From an uncultured Mycoplasmatota bacterium (GTDB lineage Bacteria > Bacillota_I > Bacilli_A > RF39 > UBA660): DNA of 64,000 nt. Location of the stretch: the NCBI GenBank assembly GCA_900549325.1, contig UROI01000001.1:34213-98212 (forward strand), given 5' to 3'. The notes under the pieces were generated by a model. It was not told the DNA's origin and searched no databases. It was given only the letters and a program-made list of their open reading frames with translations. This document shows, one piece after another, positions 18,843-29,118 of the stretch. A program made the translations under genes and the position numbers. How positions within the stretch are numbered: position 1 is the stretch's first letter; every line of letters starts with the position of its first letter.

Positions 18843-18886
18843 TTGTACTATATTTTTAGTATAATTTTTTTATTGGAGGTTTTTTT

Positions 18887-19642
18887 ATGTATATTGATAC
18901 ACATTGTCATGTATTTAGTGAATATTATGATAATATTGAAGGAATTGTTAAAAAATGTAAAGAAAAAGGTGTTACTAAGATTATAGTTAGTGGTTGTGAT
19001 ATGAAGTCTAATATGGAAGTATTAGAGTTAATCAATAAGTATGATATTATTTATGGTACTATAGGTTTTCATCCTACTGAATTGGATGATTTTAAGGATG
19101 AATATTTTGATTTTTTGATAAATAATATTAATAATAAAAAAATAGTTGGTATTGGTGAAATTGGACTTGATTATCATTATGAAAACACTGATAAAGAAAA
19201 GCAAAAGGAAATTTTTAATAGACAACTTGAAATAGCTGAAAAGTTTAATAAACCTGTTATTATTCATAGTAGAGATTCTATTGGAGAAACATATAATATA
19301 TTGAGCAAATATAATTTAAGAGGTAGTATTCATTGCTTTAATGGTTCATTGGAAATGGCTAAGTTATTTATTAAATTGGGATATAAGTTAGGAGTTGGAG
19401 GTATAATTACTTTTAAAAATGCTAAAAATATTAAAGAAGTAGTAAGAAATATAGATTTATCATATATTTTGTTAGAGACAGATAGTCCATATCTTAGTCC
19501 TGAACCTTATAGAGGTAATAAAAATGATCCTTCTAATATACTAGTAATTGCTGAGTGTATAGCTAGCATTAAAGATGTCACAAATGTAGATGTTGCAAGG
19601 GTTACGACTTCTAGTGCAGAGGGTATATTTGACTTTTTATAA
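18887..19642 (+). CDS. tatD: TatD-family metal-dependent DNase
   Basis: MYIDTHCH N-terminus and TatD TIM-barrel motifs; follows metG as yabD does in B. subtilis. Confidence 0.85.
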   Translation: MYIDTHCHVFSEYYDNIEGIVKKCKEKGVTKIIVSGCDMKSNMEVLELINKYDIIYGTIGFHPTELDDFKDEYFDFLINNINNKKIVGIGEIGLDYHYENTDKEKQKEIFNRQLEIAEKFNKPVIIHSRDSIGETYNILSKYNLRGSIHCFNGSLEMAKLFIKLGYKLGVGGIITFKNAKNIKEVVRNIDLSYILLETDSPYLSPEPYRGNKNDPSNILVIAECIASIKDVTNVDVARVTTSSAEGIFDFL

Positions 19643-19694
19643 AAAAAATGTTACAATTAATATGCTTTAAAATATTAATGAGGTGAGACATAAT

Positions 19695-20447
19695 ATGAAA
19701 AAAATAGCTGCCAAAGTAATAACTATTTCTTCACAGTTATTAGTGGCTAGTGTATTTTTGTTTTTGCTCTTTTCTAATGAGACAGGAAACGGTAATGATA
19801 AAAGTGTAATAGTAAATAATAATAATTTTAATAAAATGGCAGATAAAACGTTATTTCTTTTTAATAGTTTAGAAAATAAGAAGGATGATGTTGATTCTAG
19901 TGTTGTTGTTGAACTTACTTCTATTGATAAAGTAGAAGAACCTAAAGTAGAAGAAAATGTTGAACAAGAAACAGTTAAGGAAGAAGTTAAAGAAGAATCT
20001 CCTAAGAAAGAAGAAACTAATGTTACTCCTTTGAATCCAGATTTTAGTGATAGAGTAGCGTTAGAAACATTTACTGGTAGTTTGACTGGGTATGGCCCTG
20101 ACTGCTACGGATGTGGTGGTAAAACAAGTACGGGCTATGATTTAAGAGAAAATATATATTATGAGGATGCTGAATATGGAACTATTAGAATTGTCGCAGC
20201 AGATAAATATTTTCCATTTTATTCTATAATAAGAATTAGTAATGTCCCAGGAATGGAACCATTTATTGCTATAGTACTTGATAGAGGTGGAGATGTTGGT
20301 TGGTATAGAAACTCTGAGACTGGTGAGATAATGTTTAATAGTCAAAAGGGTACTTTATTTGATTTGGCATTCACAACTGAAAAGGATCCTAATATTTTAG
20401 GCAAAACAAATAATGTTAAATTTGAAGTCTTAAGAAGTGGTAAGTAA
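19695..20447 (+). CDS. 3D-domain (MltA-like) cell-wall protein, YabE-like
   Basis: N-terminal membrane anchor, Glu/Lys-rich linker, C-terminal 3D domain (GYGPDCYGCGG, IVAADK, IVLDRGGDVG); ATG 19695 with AGGTGAG ribosome-binding site. Confidence 0.6.
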   Translation: MKKIAAKVITISSQLLVASVFLFLLFSNETGNGNDKSVIVNNNNFNKMADKTLFLFNSLENKKDDVDSSVVVELTSIDKVEEPKVEENVEQETVKEEVKEESPKKEETNVTPLNPDFSDRVALETFTGSLTGYGPDCYGCGGKTSTGYDLRENIYYEDAEYGTIRIVAADKYFPFYSIIRISNVPGMEPFIAIVLDRGGDVGWYRNSETGEIMFNSQKGTLFDLAFTTEKDPNILGKTNNVKFEVLRSGK

Positions 20448-20509
20448 CACTTCTTTTTTTCGACAATTTTTTTCTTTTTTGTATCATATAATTATGTAGA
20501 GGTAAGAAT

Positions 20510-21436
20510 ATGAAAAAGATAATATTATTTACTGTTATAATTATATTTATTCCATTTGTGATAGTAACTTTTTTTAAAATTGATAAAAGAGAAGAAATAA
20601 AACTTAATTATGAGTCTAATACTATTATTAGAGTAAAGAGATTAAGTAGTGGTGAAATAGAATATTTGCCATTTGAAGAATATATAGTTGGTGTACTTGC
20701 TGGGGAAATGCCTATTTATTTTGAAAAGGAAGCTTTTAAGGCTCAGGCTGTAGCAGCGAGAAGTTATGCTTTAAAAAAAATAGAGTACAATAAAGATAGT
20801 GAATATGATGTAGTTGATTCAGTCCTTAATCAAGTATATTTGGATAGTGCTTATTTAAAAGACGCATGGGGCAATAAGTATGTTGATAATATTAATAAAT
20901 TAAGAGAGGCAGTTAATGATACTTCTTTGGAATATTTAGAATATAATGGTGAAGTTATTGATGCTTTGTTTTTTTCTACAAGTAATGGTTATACAGAAAA
21001 TTCTTCGTTGGTATTTAATATTGATCTACCTTACTTGCAGAGTGTTGCATCGATGTGGGATAGTTCCACTAGTAGTGCTTTTAAGAGTACTAAGAAGATT
21101 TCTAGTAGCGATTTTTATTCTTCTTTAGGATTAGAAAAATCTGATACGTTAAATTTTAAAGTTTTAAAAAGAAGTAGTACTAATAGAATACTAAATCTTA
21201 GTATTAATGGCACGGAGTTTACTGGTAGAGAGTTATATGACAAGCTTGGTTTAAAGTCTACTGATTTTTCTTTAAAACAAGAGAATGATAATATTATTAT
21301 TGATACTGTTGGTTATGGTCATGGTGTTGGAATGAGTCAATATGGTGCGGAAGGTATGGCACTTGAAGGTTATTCATATAAAGATATTCTTTCGCATTAC
21401 TATGTTGGAACTTCAATTAAAAAATTGTTAAATTGA
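20510..21436 (+). CDS. spoIID: Stage II sporulation protein D (SpoIID/LytB domain)
   Basis: SpoIID signature region (EMPIYFEKEAFKAQAVAARSYAL, C-terminal GYGHGVGMSQYGA). Confidence 0.75.
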   Translation: MKKIILFTVIIIFIPFVIVTFFKIDKREEIKLNYESNTIIRVKRLSSGEIEYLPFEEYIVGVLAGEMPIYFEKEAFKAQAVAARSYALKKIEYNKDSEYDVVDSVLNQVYLDSAYLKDAWGNKYVDNINKLREAVNDTSLEYLEYNGEVIDALFFSTSNGYTENSSLVFNIDLPYLQSVASMWDSSTSSAFKSTKKISSSDFYSSLGLEKSDTLNFKVLKRSSTNRILNLSINGTEFTGRELYDKLGLKSTDFSLKQENDNIIIDTVGYGHGVGMSQYGAEGMALEGYSYKDILSHYYVGTSIKKLLN

Positions 21437-21483
21437 TGTATATATTTTTTAATTTAGGAAACAATTATAGTAGAGGTGAGAAT

Positions 21484-22125
21484 ATGAAAATGAAAAGAAT
21501 TAAGCCGCTCTTAATACCGATGGTTTACGGAGTATGTGTTATTGCATTTTTGTTTTGTATGTATTTTGCAGGTAGACTATCTAATAATTTGCTATTTAAA
21601 GATAAAGAAAATACCAATTATGTTGATGGTGAAATTGTGTCTGAATATGATAAGGATATACCTGTAGTAAGTACTAGTTCTAAAATAGTGAGACCTTATT
21701 TAGATAGTAAAGTTTCTATTTATAAGACTTTTTATGACTATCAAGATGAGGCTGCTAATCAGGAAGAATCTATTATTTTTTATGAAGATACTTATATGCA
21801 AAATTCAGGGGTTGATTACACTAGTGATAGTTCATTTGATGTAATAAGTATTCTTGATGGTACAGTAATAAATGTTTATGAAAATAAAATTCTTGGTACT
21901 TCTATTGAAGTTAGGCATAGTAATGAACTTATTAGTGTGTATCAAAGTTTGTCTGAGGTTACTGTAAAAGAGGGAGATAATGTTATTCAGGGACAAATAC
22001 TTGCTAAAAGTGGGTTATCTAATATTAATAAAGAGTTAAATAATCATTTGCATTTTGAATTATATTATAAAGGCTCTATAGTTAATCCAGAAGAATATTA
22101 TAATAAATCTGTTGATGAATTATAG
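21484..22125 (+). CDS. M23/LytM peptidase, SpoIIQ-like
   Basis: N-terminal transmembrane segment plus C-terminal LytM domain with an intact HLHFE motif; lies between spoIID and spoIIID as spoIIQ does in Peptostreptococcaceae. Confidence 0.55.
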   Translation: MKMKRIKPLLIPMVYGVCVIAFLFCMYFAGRLSNNLLFKDKENTNYVDGEIVSEYDKDIPVVSTSSKIVRPYLDSKVSIYKTFYDYQDEAANQEESIIFYEDTYMQNSGVDYTSDSSFDVISILDGTVINVYENKILGTSIEVRHSNELISVYQSLSEVTVKEGDNVIQGQILAKSGLSNINKELNNHLHFELYYKGSIVNPEEYYNKSVDEL

Positions 22126-22185
22126 GCATTAATGCCTTTTTTACATAATATACTTTCTTATAAATATAATTTTATAGGTGAGTAT

Positions 22186-22473
22186 ATGAATAAAAAAGTT
22201 GTTTCTAGAGTAATAGAAGAAGCTAATTATATTATTAATACTAATAAAACAATTAGGGAAGTATCTTTTATATTTGGCGTATCTAAGAGTACTGTGCATA
22301 AGGACATGAGAGAAAAATTAGTGTTACTTGACAGTAACTTATATAAAAAAGTGTCAAGTGTTTTGGAATATCATACTTATATTAAGCATATTAGAGGAGG
22401 ACAGGCTACAAAAGATAAGTTTTTAGATAAAAAAAGGGAATCTACTCTATTAAAAAATGTTAAATTGTGGTAA
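22186..22473 (+). CDS. spoIIID: Sporulation transcriptional regulator SpoIIID
   Basis: HTH region IREVSFIFGVSKSTVHKDMREKL closely matches B. subtilis SpoIIID (VIAKEFGVSKSTVHKDLTERL); followed by mbl as in Bacillus. Confidence 0.85.
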   Translation: MNKKVVSRVIEEANYIINTNKTIREVSFIFGVSKSTVHKDMREKLVLLDSNLYKKVSSVLEYHTYIKHIRGGQATKDKFLDKKRESTLLKNVKLW

Positions 22474-22497
22474 AATGTAAATGAGGATGGTGATTTT

Positions 22498-23490
22498 ATG
22501 TTTAACAAAGATATTGGAATTGACTTAGGAACTGCTAATGTACTTATATATATTAAGGGACAAGGTATTGTATTAAATGAGCCATCTGTTGTTGCTATAG
22601 ATGCTGACACGAAAAGACCTTTAGCTGTGGGAACTGAAGCTCATGAGATGCTTGGTAGAACTCCTGGTAAAGTAAAAGCTATTAAGCCTATGAAAGATGG
22701 TGTAATTGCTGATTATGACACTACAGAAGTTATGCTTAATTACTTTATAAAAAAAGTAAATGGTAAGAGTTTTTTTTCTAGACCTAGAATATTGATATGT
22801 TGCCCTTCTAATATTACTCAGGTTGAAAAAAATGCTATTAAAGAGGCAGCTGAAAGAACTGGAGCTAAGAAAGTTTTTCTAGAAGAAGAACCTAAAGTGG
22901 CTGCAATTGGAGCTGGTATGGATATATCTAAACCAAGTGGTAATATGGTAATAGATATTGGTGGTGGTACTACTGATATTGCTATACTATCTTTGGGTGG
23001 AATTGTTAATAGTGCTTCAATTAGAATTGCTGGTAATGCTTTTGATAATGATATTGTGAAATATATTAAAGATAAATATAAATTATTGGTAGGAGAAAGA
23101 ACTGCAGAAGATATAAAAATAACTATTGGTACTGTTTTTCCTGGTTCTAGAAATGAAAAAATGGAAGTTAGAGGTAGAGATTTAGTTACCGGACTTCCTC
23201 ACACGATTACTTTGACAAGTGATGAGGTAGAAGAGGCTTTAAGAGAAAGTGTCTACATTATTATTCATGCTGTTAAGGGGATACTAGAACAAACTCCACC
23301 TGAGTTATCTGCTGATATTATTGATAAAGGAATTGTGCTTACTGGTGGTGGTGCTTTAGTAGATGGATTTGCTCAAGTACTAAGTCAAGAACTTAAAGTA
23401 CCTGTATTTATTGCAGAATCTCCACTTACTTGTGTGGCTGAGGGTACAGGAATACTTTTGGATAACTTATATATGTTGGAAAGACAGTAA
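22498..23490 (+). CDS. mbl: MreB-like rod-shape protein (Mbl)
   Basis: Actin-fold motifs (IGIDLGTAN, DIGGGTTD, VLTGGGA). Confidence 0.85.
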   Translation: MFNKDIGIDLGTANVLIYIKGQGIVLNEPSVVAIDADTKRPLAVGTEAHEMLGRTPGKVKAIKPMKDGVIADYDTTEVMLNYFIKKVNGKSFFSRPRILICCPSNITQVEKNAIKEAAERTGAKKVFLEEEPKVAAIGAGMDISKPSGNMVIDIGGGTTDIAILSLGGIVNSASIRIAGNAFDNDIVKYIKDKYKLLVGERTAEDIKITIGTVFPGSRNEKMEVRGRDLVTGLPHTITLTSDEVEEALRESVYIIIHAVKGILEQTPPELSADIIDKGIVLTGGGALVDGFAQVLSQELKVPVFIAESPLTCVAEGTGILLDNLYMLERQ

Positions 23491-23589
23491 TGTCTTTTTC
23501 TTTTGTGTAAAATATATGTCAAAAAAAATAAATTATATTTAACTTGAATGATTTTTTTAGTATAATTAGATTGAAGGAATGGTGATAAT

Positions 23590-24021
23590 ATGACAATAGG
23601 ACTTGCGAGTGATCATCGTGGTTATAAAGCAAAAAAATTTTTGAAAGATAGTTTATATAAATATGATGTTATTGATTATGGTACTGATACAGAAGATAGT
23701 GTTGATTTTCCTGTTTATGCAAAAAAATTAGGTACTGCTATTCAAAATGGTGAAGTTGATTTAGGAATTGCTATATGTGGTACTGGTATAGGAATGAGCA
23801 TTGCATTAAATAAAATGAAGGGTGTATATTGCGCTAAAGTTTCAAATGAGAGTGAAGCAATTTTATGTAAAGCACATAATAATGCTAATTGTATAGCTAT
23901 GAGTGAAGAATTGGATGAAGAAATAATGTTAAACATTGTAGATAAGTTTATTAATACTCCATTTACTAATGTAAGTAAATATATTAGAAGAAATGATATG
24001 ATTAAGGATTTAGAAAGATAA
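23590..24021 (+). CDS. rpiB: Ribose-5-phosphate isomerase B (RpiB/LacAB family)
   Basis: 143-aa RpiB fold with MTIGLASDHRG N-terminus and CGTGIGMSI motif. Confidence 0.85.
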   Translation: MTIGLASDHRGYKAKKFLKDSLYKYDVIDYGTDTEDSVDFPVYAKKLGTAIQNGEVDLGIAICGTGIGMSIALNKMKGVYCAKVSNESEAILCKAHNNANCIAMSEELDEEIMLNIVDKFINTPFTNVSKYIRRNDMIKDLER

Positions 24022-24277
24022 TGGTAAAATTTTTACTATATTTATTAGTACTTCCTTTAACCATTTATGCTATGGATAGCGTTAATTTTAATAGTATTTT
24101 TAAGAAAAATAAAATTGTGCAAGCTAAAGTTTTTTATATTCTTCTTATATTTGGAATGTCTTATTTAATATGTAGTTTTATATATGATTTTTTATATATG
24201 ATTAAGTAAATTATTACTTAATTTTTTCTTTTAATTTTATTTATTATATGGTAAAATATGTAACGTGTGGTGATATT

Positions 24278-25261
24278 ATGTTTAAAATTGGTAATATTGT
24301 TATAAAGGGCAATGTAGTTCTTGCCCCAATGGCTGGTGTATGTAATAGTGCATTTAGAAAAATTATTAAAGAAATGGGCTGTCCTTTAGTGTATGCAGAA
24401 ATGGTAAGCGATAAAGGGCTTGTTTATGATAGTAAGAAAACAAAAGATATGCTTTATTTTGAAGAATGTGAACGACCTATAGCGCAGCAGATATTTGGAA
24501 GTGACAAAGATACTTTTGTAGAGGCTGCTAAAATGGTTGAGGAAATTATGCATCCAGATATTATTGATATTAATATGGGCTGTCCTGTACCTAAAGTGGC
24601 TGTAAAATCACAAGCTGGTAGTGCTTTACTTAAGAATCCAGAAAAAATAAGAGACATAGTTAGTGCAGTAGTTGAAGCAGTAAATGTTCCAGTAACTGTT
24701 AAAATTAGAAGCGGTTGGGATACAAATAGTATTAATGCTGTAGAGGTTGCTAAGATATGTGAAGAGGCTGGTGCTAGTGCTATTACTGTTCATGGAAGAA
24801 CTAGAAGCCAAGGCTATTCTGGAAGTGTTGATTTAGATATAATAAAGAAAGTTAAAGAGGCTGTATCTATTCCAGTAATAGGTAATGGTGATATTACTAG
24901 TATTGAAACTGCTGAAAGAATGTTATCTTATACTGGATGTGATGCTATTATGATAGGTAGAGGAGTCCTTGGGAATCCTTGGTTAATGAAAGAGATTATT
25001 ACATATTTAGATACTGGCAAGATAATTGATAAACCTAGTTATGAAGATAAAATAAATATGTGTTTTCATCATTTAGAGTATTTACTTAAAATTAAAAATG
25101 AAAAAGTGGCAGTACTTGAAATGCGAAGTCATGCTGCTTGGTATTTAAAAGGACTTCCTGGGGCACAAAGTATAAAAAATGAAATATTTAAAGCAAAAAC
25201 CAGTGAAGAACTTAAAAATATTCTTAATAGCTATTTAAAAGAACTAAAAAATAATGTATAA
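24278..25261 (+). CDS. dusB: tRNA-dihydrouridine synthase
   Basis: Dus TIM-barrel motifs (LAPMAGVCNSAFR, DINMGCP); ATG 24278 matches the B. subtilis DusB N-terminus MFKIG; dusB-lysS order. Confidence 0.8.
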   Translation: MFKIGNIVIKGNVVLAPMAGVCNSAFRKIIKEMGCPLVYAEMVSDKGLVYDSKKTKDMLYFEECERPIAQQIFGSDKDTFVEAAKMVEEIMHPDIIDINMGCPVPKVAVKSQAGSALLKNPEKIRDIVSAVVEAVNVPVTVKIRSGWDTNSINAVEVAKICEEAGASAITVHGRTRSQGYSGSVDLDIIKKVKEAVSIPVIGNGDITSIETAERMLSYTGCDAIMIGRGVLGNPWLMKEIITYLDTGKIIDKPSYEDKINMCFHHLEYLLKIKNEKVAVLEMRSHAAWYLKGLPGAQSIKNEIFKAKTSEELKNILNSYLKELKNNV

Positions 25262-25282
25262 TGTTTATTAGGAGATGGAATT

Positions 25283-25876
25283 ATGAAGGCAAGTTTTTTT
25301 AAGAGATTGGGTGCATTTATATTAGATTACTTTATAATCATAGTTATTGCTTCGTTAATTACAATGGGGTTTGATAGTAATAAAACTACTGATTTAACAA
25401 ATAAAATGAGTCAATTAGCAAATGATTATCAAAGTGGCGAAATTACTATAGAAGAATATAAAGAAGAAACATATAAAATCAATTATGAACTACAGAAAAG
25501 TAATGTTACTACTAATATTGTTTCTGTAACATTATATATTGGCTACTTTATAGTATTTGCAACTTTAAATAAAGGTCAAACATTAGGTAAGAAATTGTTG
25601 AAAATTAAAGTTGTAAATAAAAATAATGAAAAACCTAGTATATGGAATATGTTACTTAGAAGTTTGTTTATATATAATATAATTAGTGCCTTATTTAGTA
25701 TAATATTTGTTAATTTGTTAAATGCTAATACATTTACTTATATTTATACAATTATAGGTTATGTTGAATTTTTTGTCATTATAGTATCATTTTTTATGGT
25801 AACTTACAAGAGTGATGGCAGAGGTTTACATGATATAATTGCAGGTACTAATGTAATAGAAGAGGTGAAAGAATAA
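25283..25876 (+). CDS. RDD-family membrane protein
   Basis: Three transmembrane helices and a C-terminal GRGLHD...GTNV RDD signature. Confidence 0.55.
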   Translation: MKASFFKRLGAFILDYFIIIVIASLITMGFDSNKTTDLTNKMSQLANDYQSGEITIEEYKEETYKINYELQKSNVTTNIVSVTLYIGYFIVFATLNKGQTLGKKLLKIKVVNKNNEKPSIWNMLLRSLFIYNIISALFSIIFVNLLNANTFTYIYTIIGYVEFFVIIVSFFMVTYKSDGRGLHDIIAGTNVIEEVKE

Positions 25877-27345
25877 TGGAAAGACAATTTAGTGAACAAG
25901 AACAAGTAAGAAGAGATAAATTAGAGGAAATAAAGAATTATTGTAATCCTTATCCTGAAAAATATGAGGTAACACATAAAATTAAAGATGCAAGATTATT
26001 AGACGATGGAACTACTGATGTATCTATCGCTGGTAGAATCGTATTTATGAGAAAGATGGGAAAACTATCTTTTGTAAGAATTCGTGATGTTGAAGGAGAC
26101 ATGCAACTTGAAATTAAAATTGATATGGTTGGTGAAGATAAATATGCTTTCTTTAAAAAATTAATTGATACTGGTGATTTTATTGGTGCAAGAGGGGAAA
26201 TATTTACTACACAAACTGGTGAAAAAACTTTAAGAGTACATAGTTTTGAATTTTTAGGAAAGGCACTTAGACCACTTCCTGAAAAATTCCATGGACTTAC
26301 TGATATGGAAATGAAATATAGACAAAGATATGTAGACTTAATTATGAATGAGGAAACTAGAAAGGTTTTTCTTGGTAGGAGTAAATTATATGCTTATATT
26401 CATAGATTTTTAGGAGAAAATGGTTTTTTGGAGGTAGAAACTCCAATATTACAAAATGCTGTATGTGGTGCTAGTGCAAAGCCATTTTATACACATCATA
26501 ATGCATTAGATATGGATTGTAATCTTAGAATAGCTCCTGAAACATATTTAAAGCAATGTGTTGCAGGTGGATTTAATAGAGTATACGAAGTTGCAAAGTG
26601 TTTTAGAAATGAAGGCATGGATACTGAACATCTTCAGGAATTTACACAAGTTGAATGGTATGCATCTTATTGGAATTTTGAAGATAATATAAGATTCTAT
26701 CAGAAGTTTATCAGAGGATTATTAACTGAACTTACTGGTGATACTAAAATTGAATATCAAGGTAATATTATTGACTTTGGTACTGAATGGAAGAAAATTA
26801 ACTATGTTGAAGAAATGAGAAAGGTATTAGGATTTGACTTTCTTGACATTGAAGATCCAGGATTACTTAAAGATAAGGTTGTTGAAGCAGGTTTATTTAC
26901 TTATGAAGAACTAGATGAAGTAAAATCCCTTAGTCAAATTATTGACTTTATATATAAAAGAAAGATTAGAACTGATGTTCTAGAACCTACAATTATATAT
27001 AATTATCCAGCAGTTCTTATACCACTTGCCAGAAGAAATGATAAGGATAAGAGAATTATTGATGTCTTCCAAGTTGTCGCTTGTGGTACTGAGCTTTGCA
27101 AAGCTTATTCTGAGTTAGTTAATCCTATTACGCAAAGAGAAACTTTTGAGGAACAATTAAAAGCTAAAGCACAAGGCGACGATGAAACTATGGAATTAGA
27201 TGAAAGTTTCTTATCTGCAATGGAACAAGGTATGCCTCCGATAAGTGGACTTGGTTTTGGTATTGATAGACTTATGATGATTATATTTAATCAACCTTCA
27301 ATTAGAGATGTAGTATTATTTCCTCAAATGAAGGATAAAAAATAG
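25876..27345 (+). CDS. lysS: Lysine--tRNA ligase (class II)
   Basis: OB-fold N-domain and class II motifs (FRNEG, GxGxDR in GFGIDRLMM). Confidence 0.9.
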   Translation: MERQFSEQEQVRRDKLEEIKNYCNPYPEKYEVTHKIKDARLLDDGTTDVSIAGRIVFMRKMGKLSFVRIRDVEGDMQLEIKIDMVGEDKYAFFKKLIDTGDFIGARGEIFTTQTGEKTLRVHSFEFLGKALRPLPEKFHGLTDMEMKYRQRYVDLIMNEETRKVFLGRSKLYAYIHRFLGENGFLEVETPILQNAVCGASAKPFYTHHNALDMDCNLRIAPETYLKQCVAGGFNRVYEVAKCFRNEGMDTEHLQEFTQVEWYASYWNFEDNIRFYQKFIRGLLTELTGDTKIEYQGNIIDFGTEWKKINYVEEMRKVLGFDFLDIEDPGLLKDKVVEAGLFTYEELDEVKSLSQIIDFIYKRKIRTDVLEPTIIYNYPAVLIPLARRNDKDKRIIDVFQVVACGTELCKAYSELVNPITQRETFEEQLKAKAQGDDETMELDESFLSAMEQGMPPISGLGFGIDRLMMIIFNQPSIRDVVLFPQMKDKK

Positions 27346-27444
27346 TCTTAAAGCATTATAAAATAAGGGAAAACACTTAAATTTTTCTCTTTTTTATTTA
27401 CTTTTAGTTCTTTTGTGTTATAATTAATGTTAGAGGAGGTTATT

Positions 27445-28896
27445 ATGAAAAAACATAGTTTATTTAAAGTAATATTGATTGTTTTTGGAGCACTTGTGCT
27501 AGTTAATGGAGGTCTTGCAATAACTGGTCAATTTGTTGAAAAACTTAACGTATTTAACATGATTCCACTTGGCGATACTCTAATTAATTTTACTCAATCA
27601 TTTTATTACTTCTTTGACACTGCTGTTTATTTATTAGTACTTGGCGCTTTTTATGGAGTATTAAAAGAAGTTCCGGCTTATAAAAAATTAGTTGATAATA
27701 TAGTCACTAAAGTTAAGGTACATAGTAATTTATTTATAATAATAGTTACTATATTATTTGCTGTTTTAACTTCAGTTACAGGTTTAATTGGTGCCATTCT
27801 TGTATTTGTACCATTTGTTGCTGCAATTATATTAGCAATGGGTCATGACAAATTAGTTGCTATTAGTTCAACAGTTGTTTCAATGCTAGTAGGTTTTATA
27901 GGAGGCATCTATATAACATTTAGAAATCCTAATAGTTACTATGGATATAGTGCTACTACTATTGAAGGATTATCTTCATTAGATTTATATTCTAATATAT
28001 GGGCTAAATTAGTTCTTCTTGTTCTTGGAGTTACTTTACTTATATTCTTCATATTAAGATATATTAAGAATGTTCAAGAAAAGAAAGTTAAGTATGAATT
28101 AAATGATAGTAATGAAGTGTTAGTTTCTGAAGTTAAAGGTGATTACAAAAACATTAGAACATGGCCTATAGTTGTTGTTCTATCAGTAATACTTGTTATT
28201 CTTATTTTGGGATATTTACCTTGGAATACATTATTTGGTATAGAATGCTTTAATAAATTTAATGAATGGTTGCTTGGAATAAAAATTGGAGATTTTGAAG
28301 TATTTTCTAATGTTATTACCGCTAATGCATCTTCATTAGGTAATTGGGCTAGTCTTGGTTCATATATGTCAATAATTATCACTTTAATTCTATTTACTTT
28401 AATTCTTAAATTTATTTATAGAGTTAAGTTTGATGATGTTGTTGACAACTTTATGAATGGTGCTAAGAAAATGGTACCAGCCGTATTCTTAGTTATGCTT
28501 GCATCTGCTATATTAGTATGTGCTTATAACTTTGGATTCATGTCTAATATAATTAGTTTGATTTCTGAGTCTAAGCTAGGATTAAATGTTTTAACAGGAA
28601 CATTAATTAGTGGTTTAGGAACTCTTCTTCATTCTGATTTATATTATACTGTTGCTGGTGTATATTCTACAATGATAGCTCAAGTAACTGATGAATCATT
28701 ATATTCTGTATATGCTTTATTATTCCAAAGTGTTTATGGTATTGTTAGTATTATAGGGCCTACTAGTTTATTAGTAATATTTGCTCTTAAATATTTTGAT
28801 GTTCCATATACTACTTGGGTAAAATATATATGGAGATTTGTATTAATGCTATTGTTATTAGTAATACTAGTAATCTTAGTAATGTCATTAATATAA
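27445..28896 (+). CDS. Polytopic membrane transporter (YfcC/AbgT-like superfamily)
   Basis: About 480 aa with 10 or more predicted transmembrane helices; GGAGG ribosome-binding site before ATG 27445. Confidence 0.4.
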   Translation: MKKHSLFKVILIVFGALVLVNGGLAITGQFVEKLNVFNMIPLGDTLINFTQSFYYFFDTAVYLLVLGAFYGVLKEVPAYKKLVDNIVTKVKVHSNLFIIIVTILFAVLTSVTGLIGAILVFVPFVAAIILAMGHDKLVAISSTVVSMLVGFIGGIYITFRNPNSYYGYSATTIEGLSSLDLYSNIWAKLVLLVLGVTLLIFFILRYIKNVQEKKVKYELNDSNEVLVSEVKGDYKNIRTWPIVVVLSVILVILILGYLPWNTLFGIECFNKFNEWLLGIKIGDFEVFSNVITANASSLGNWASLGSYMSIIITLILFTLILKFIYRVKFDDVVDNFMNGAKKMVPAVFLVMLASAILVCAYNFGFMSNIISLISESKLGLNVLTGTLISGLGTLLHSDLYYTVAGVYSTMIAQVTDESLYSVYALLFQSVYGIVSIIGPTSLLVIFALKYFDVPYTTWVKYIWRFVLMLLLLVILVILVMSLI

Positions 28897-28956
28897 CTAT
28901 TTATAATAACAAAAATGTCTAAAGTAATTTAGATGTTTTTTTATTATAGGTATGTA

Positions 28957-29018
28957 GATACACTGTTATTAGACCTTAGGCTAATAACAGCACTTTAAGA
29001 CTAAAAGAAAAGGCTTAA
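28957..29018. repeat. Paired long hairpins (apex ACCTTAGG), same family
   Basis: CTGTTATTAG ACCTTAGG CTAATAACAG, then CACTTTAAG ... CTTAAAGTG. Confidence 0.6.
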
Positions 29019-29118
29019 AGTGAATATAAATAATAAAAAAAGTCTATTTTTCTTGATTAAAATTTAGAAAGTCATCTCATTATATTCATAGAATATCTTA
29101 GAGAGGAGAAATAATAAT

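Noticed and set aside
24021-24209. 62-aa hydrophobic ORF between rpiB and dusB
   Set aside because: No convincing ribosome-binding site and a composition typical of AT-rich intergenic translation. It might be real but is unsupported.
28897-29118. CtsR operator (GGTCAAA direct repeat) upstream of clpC
   Set aside because: Not found by eye. The region instead contains ACCTTAGG-type hairpins.
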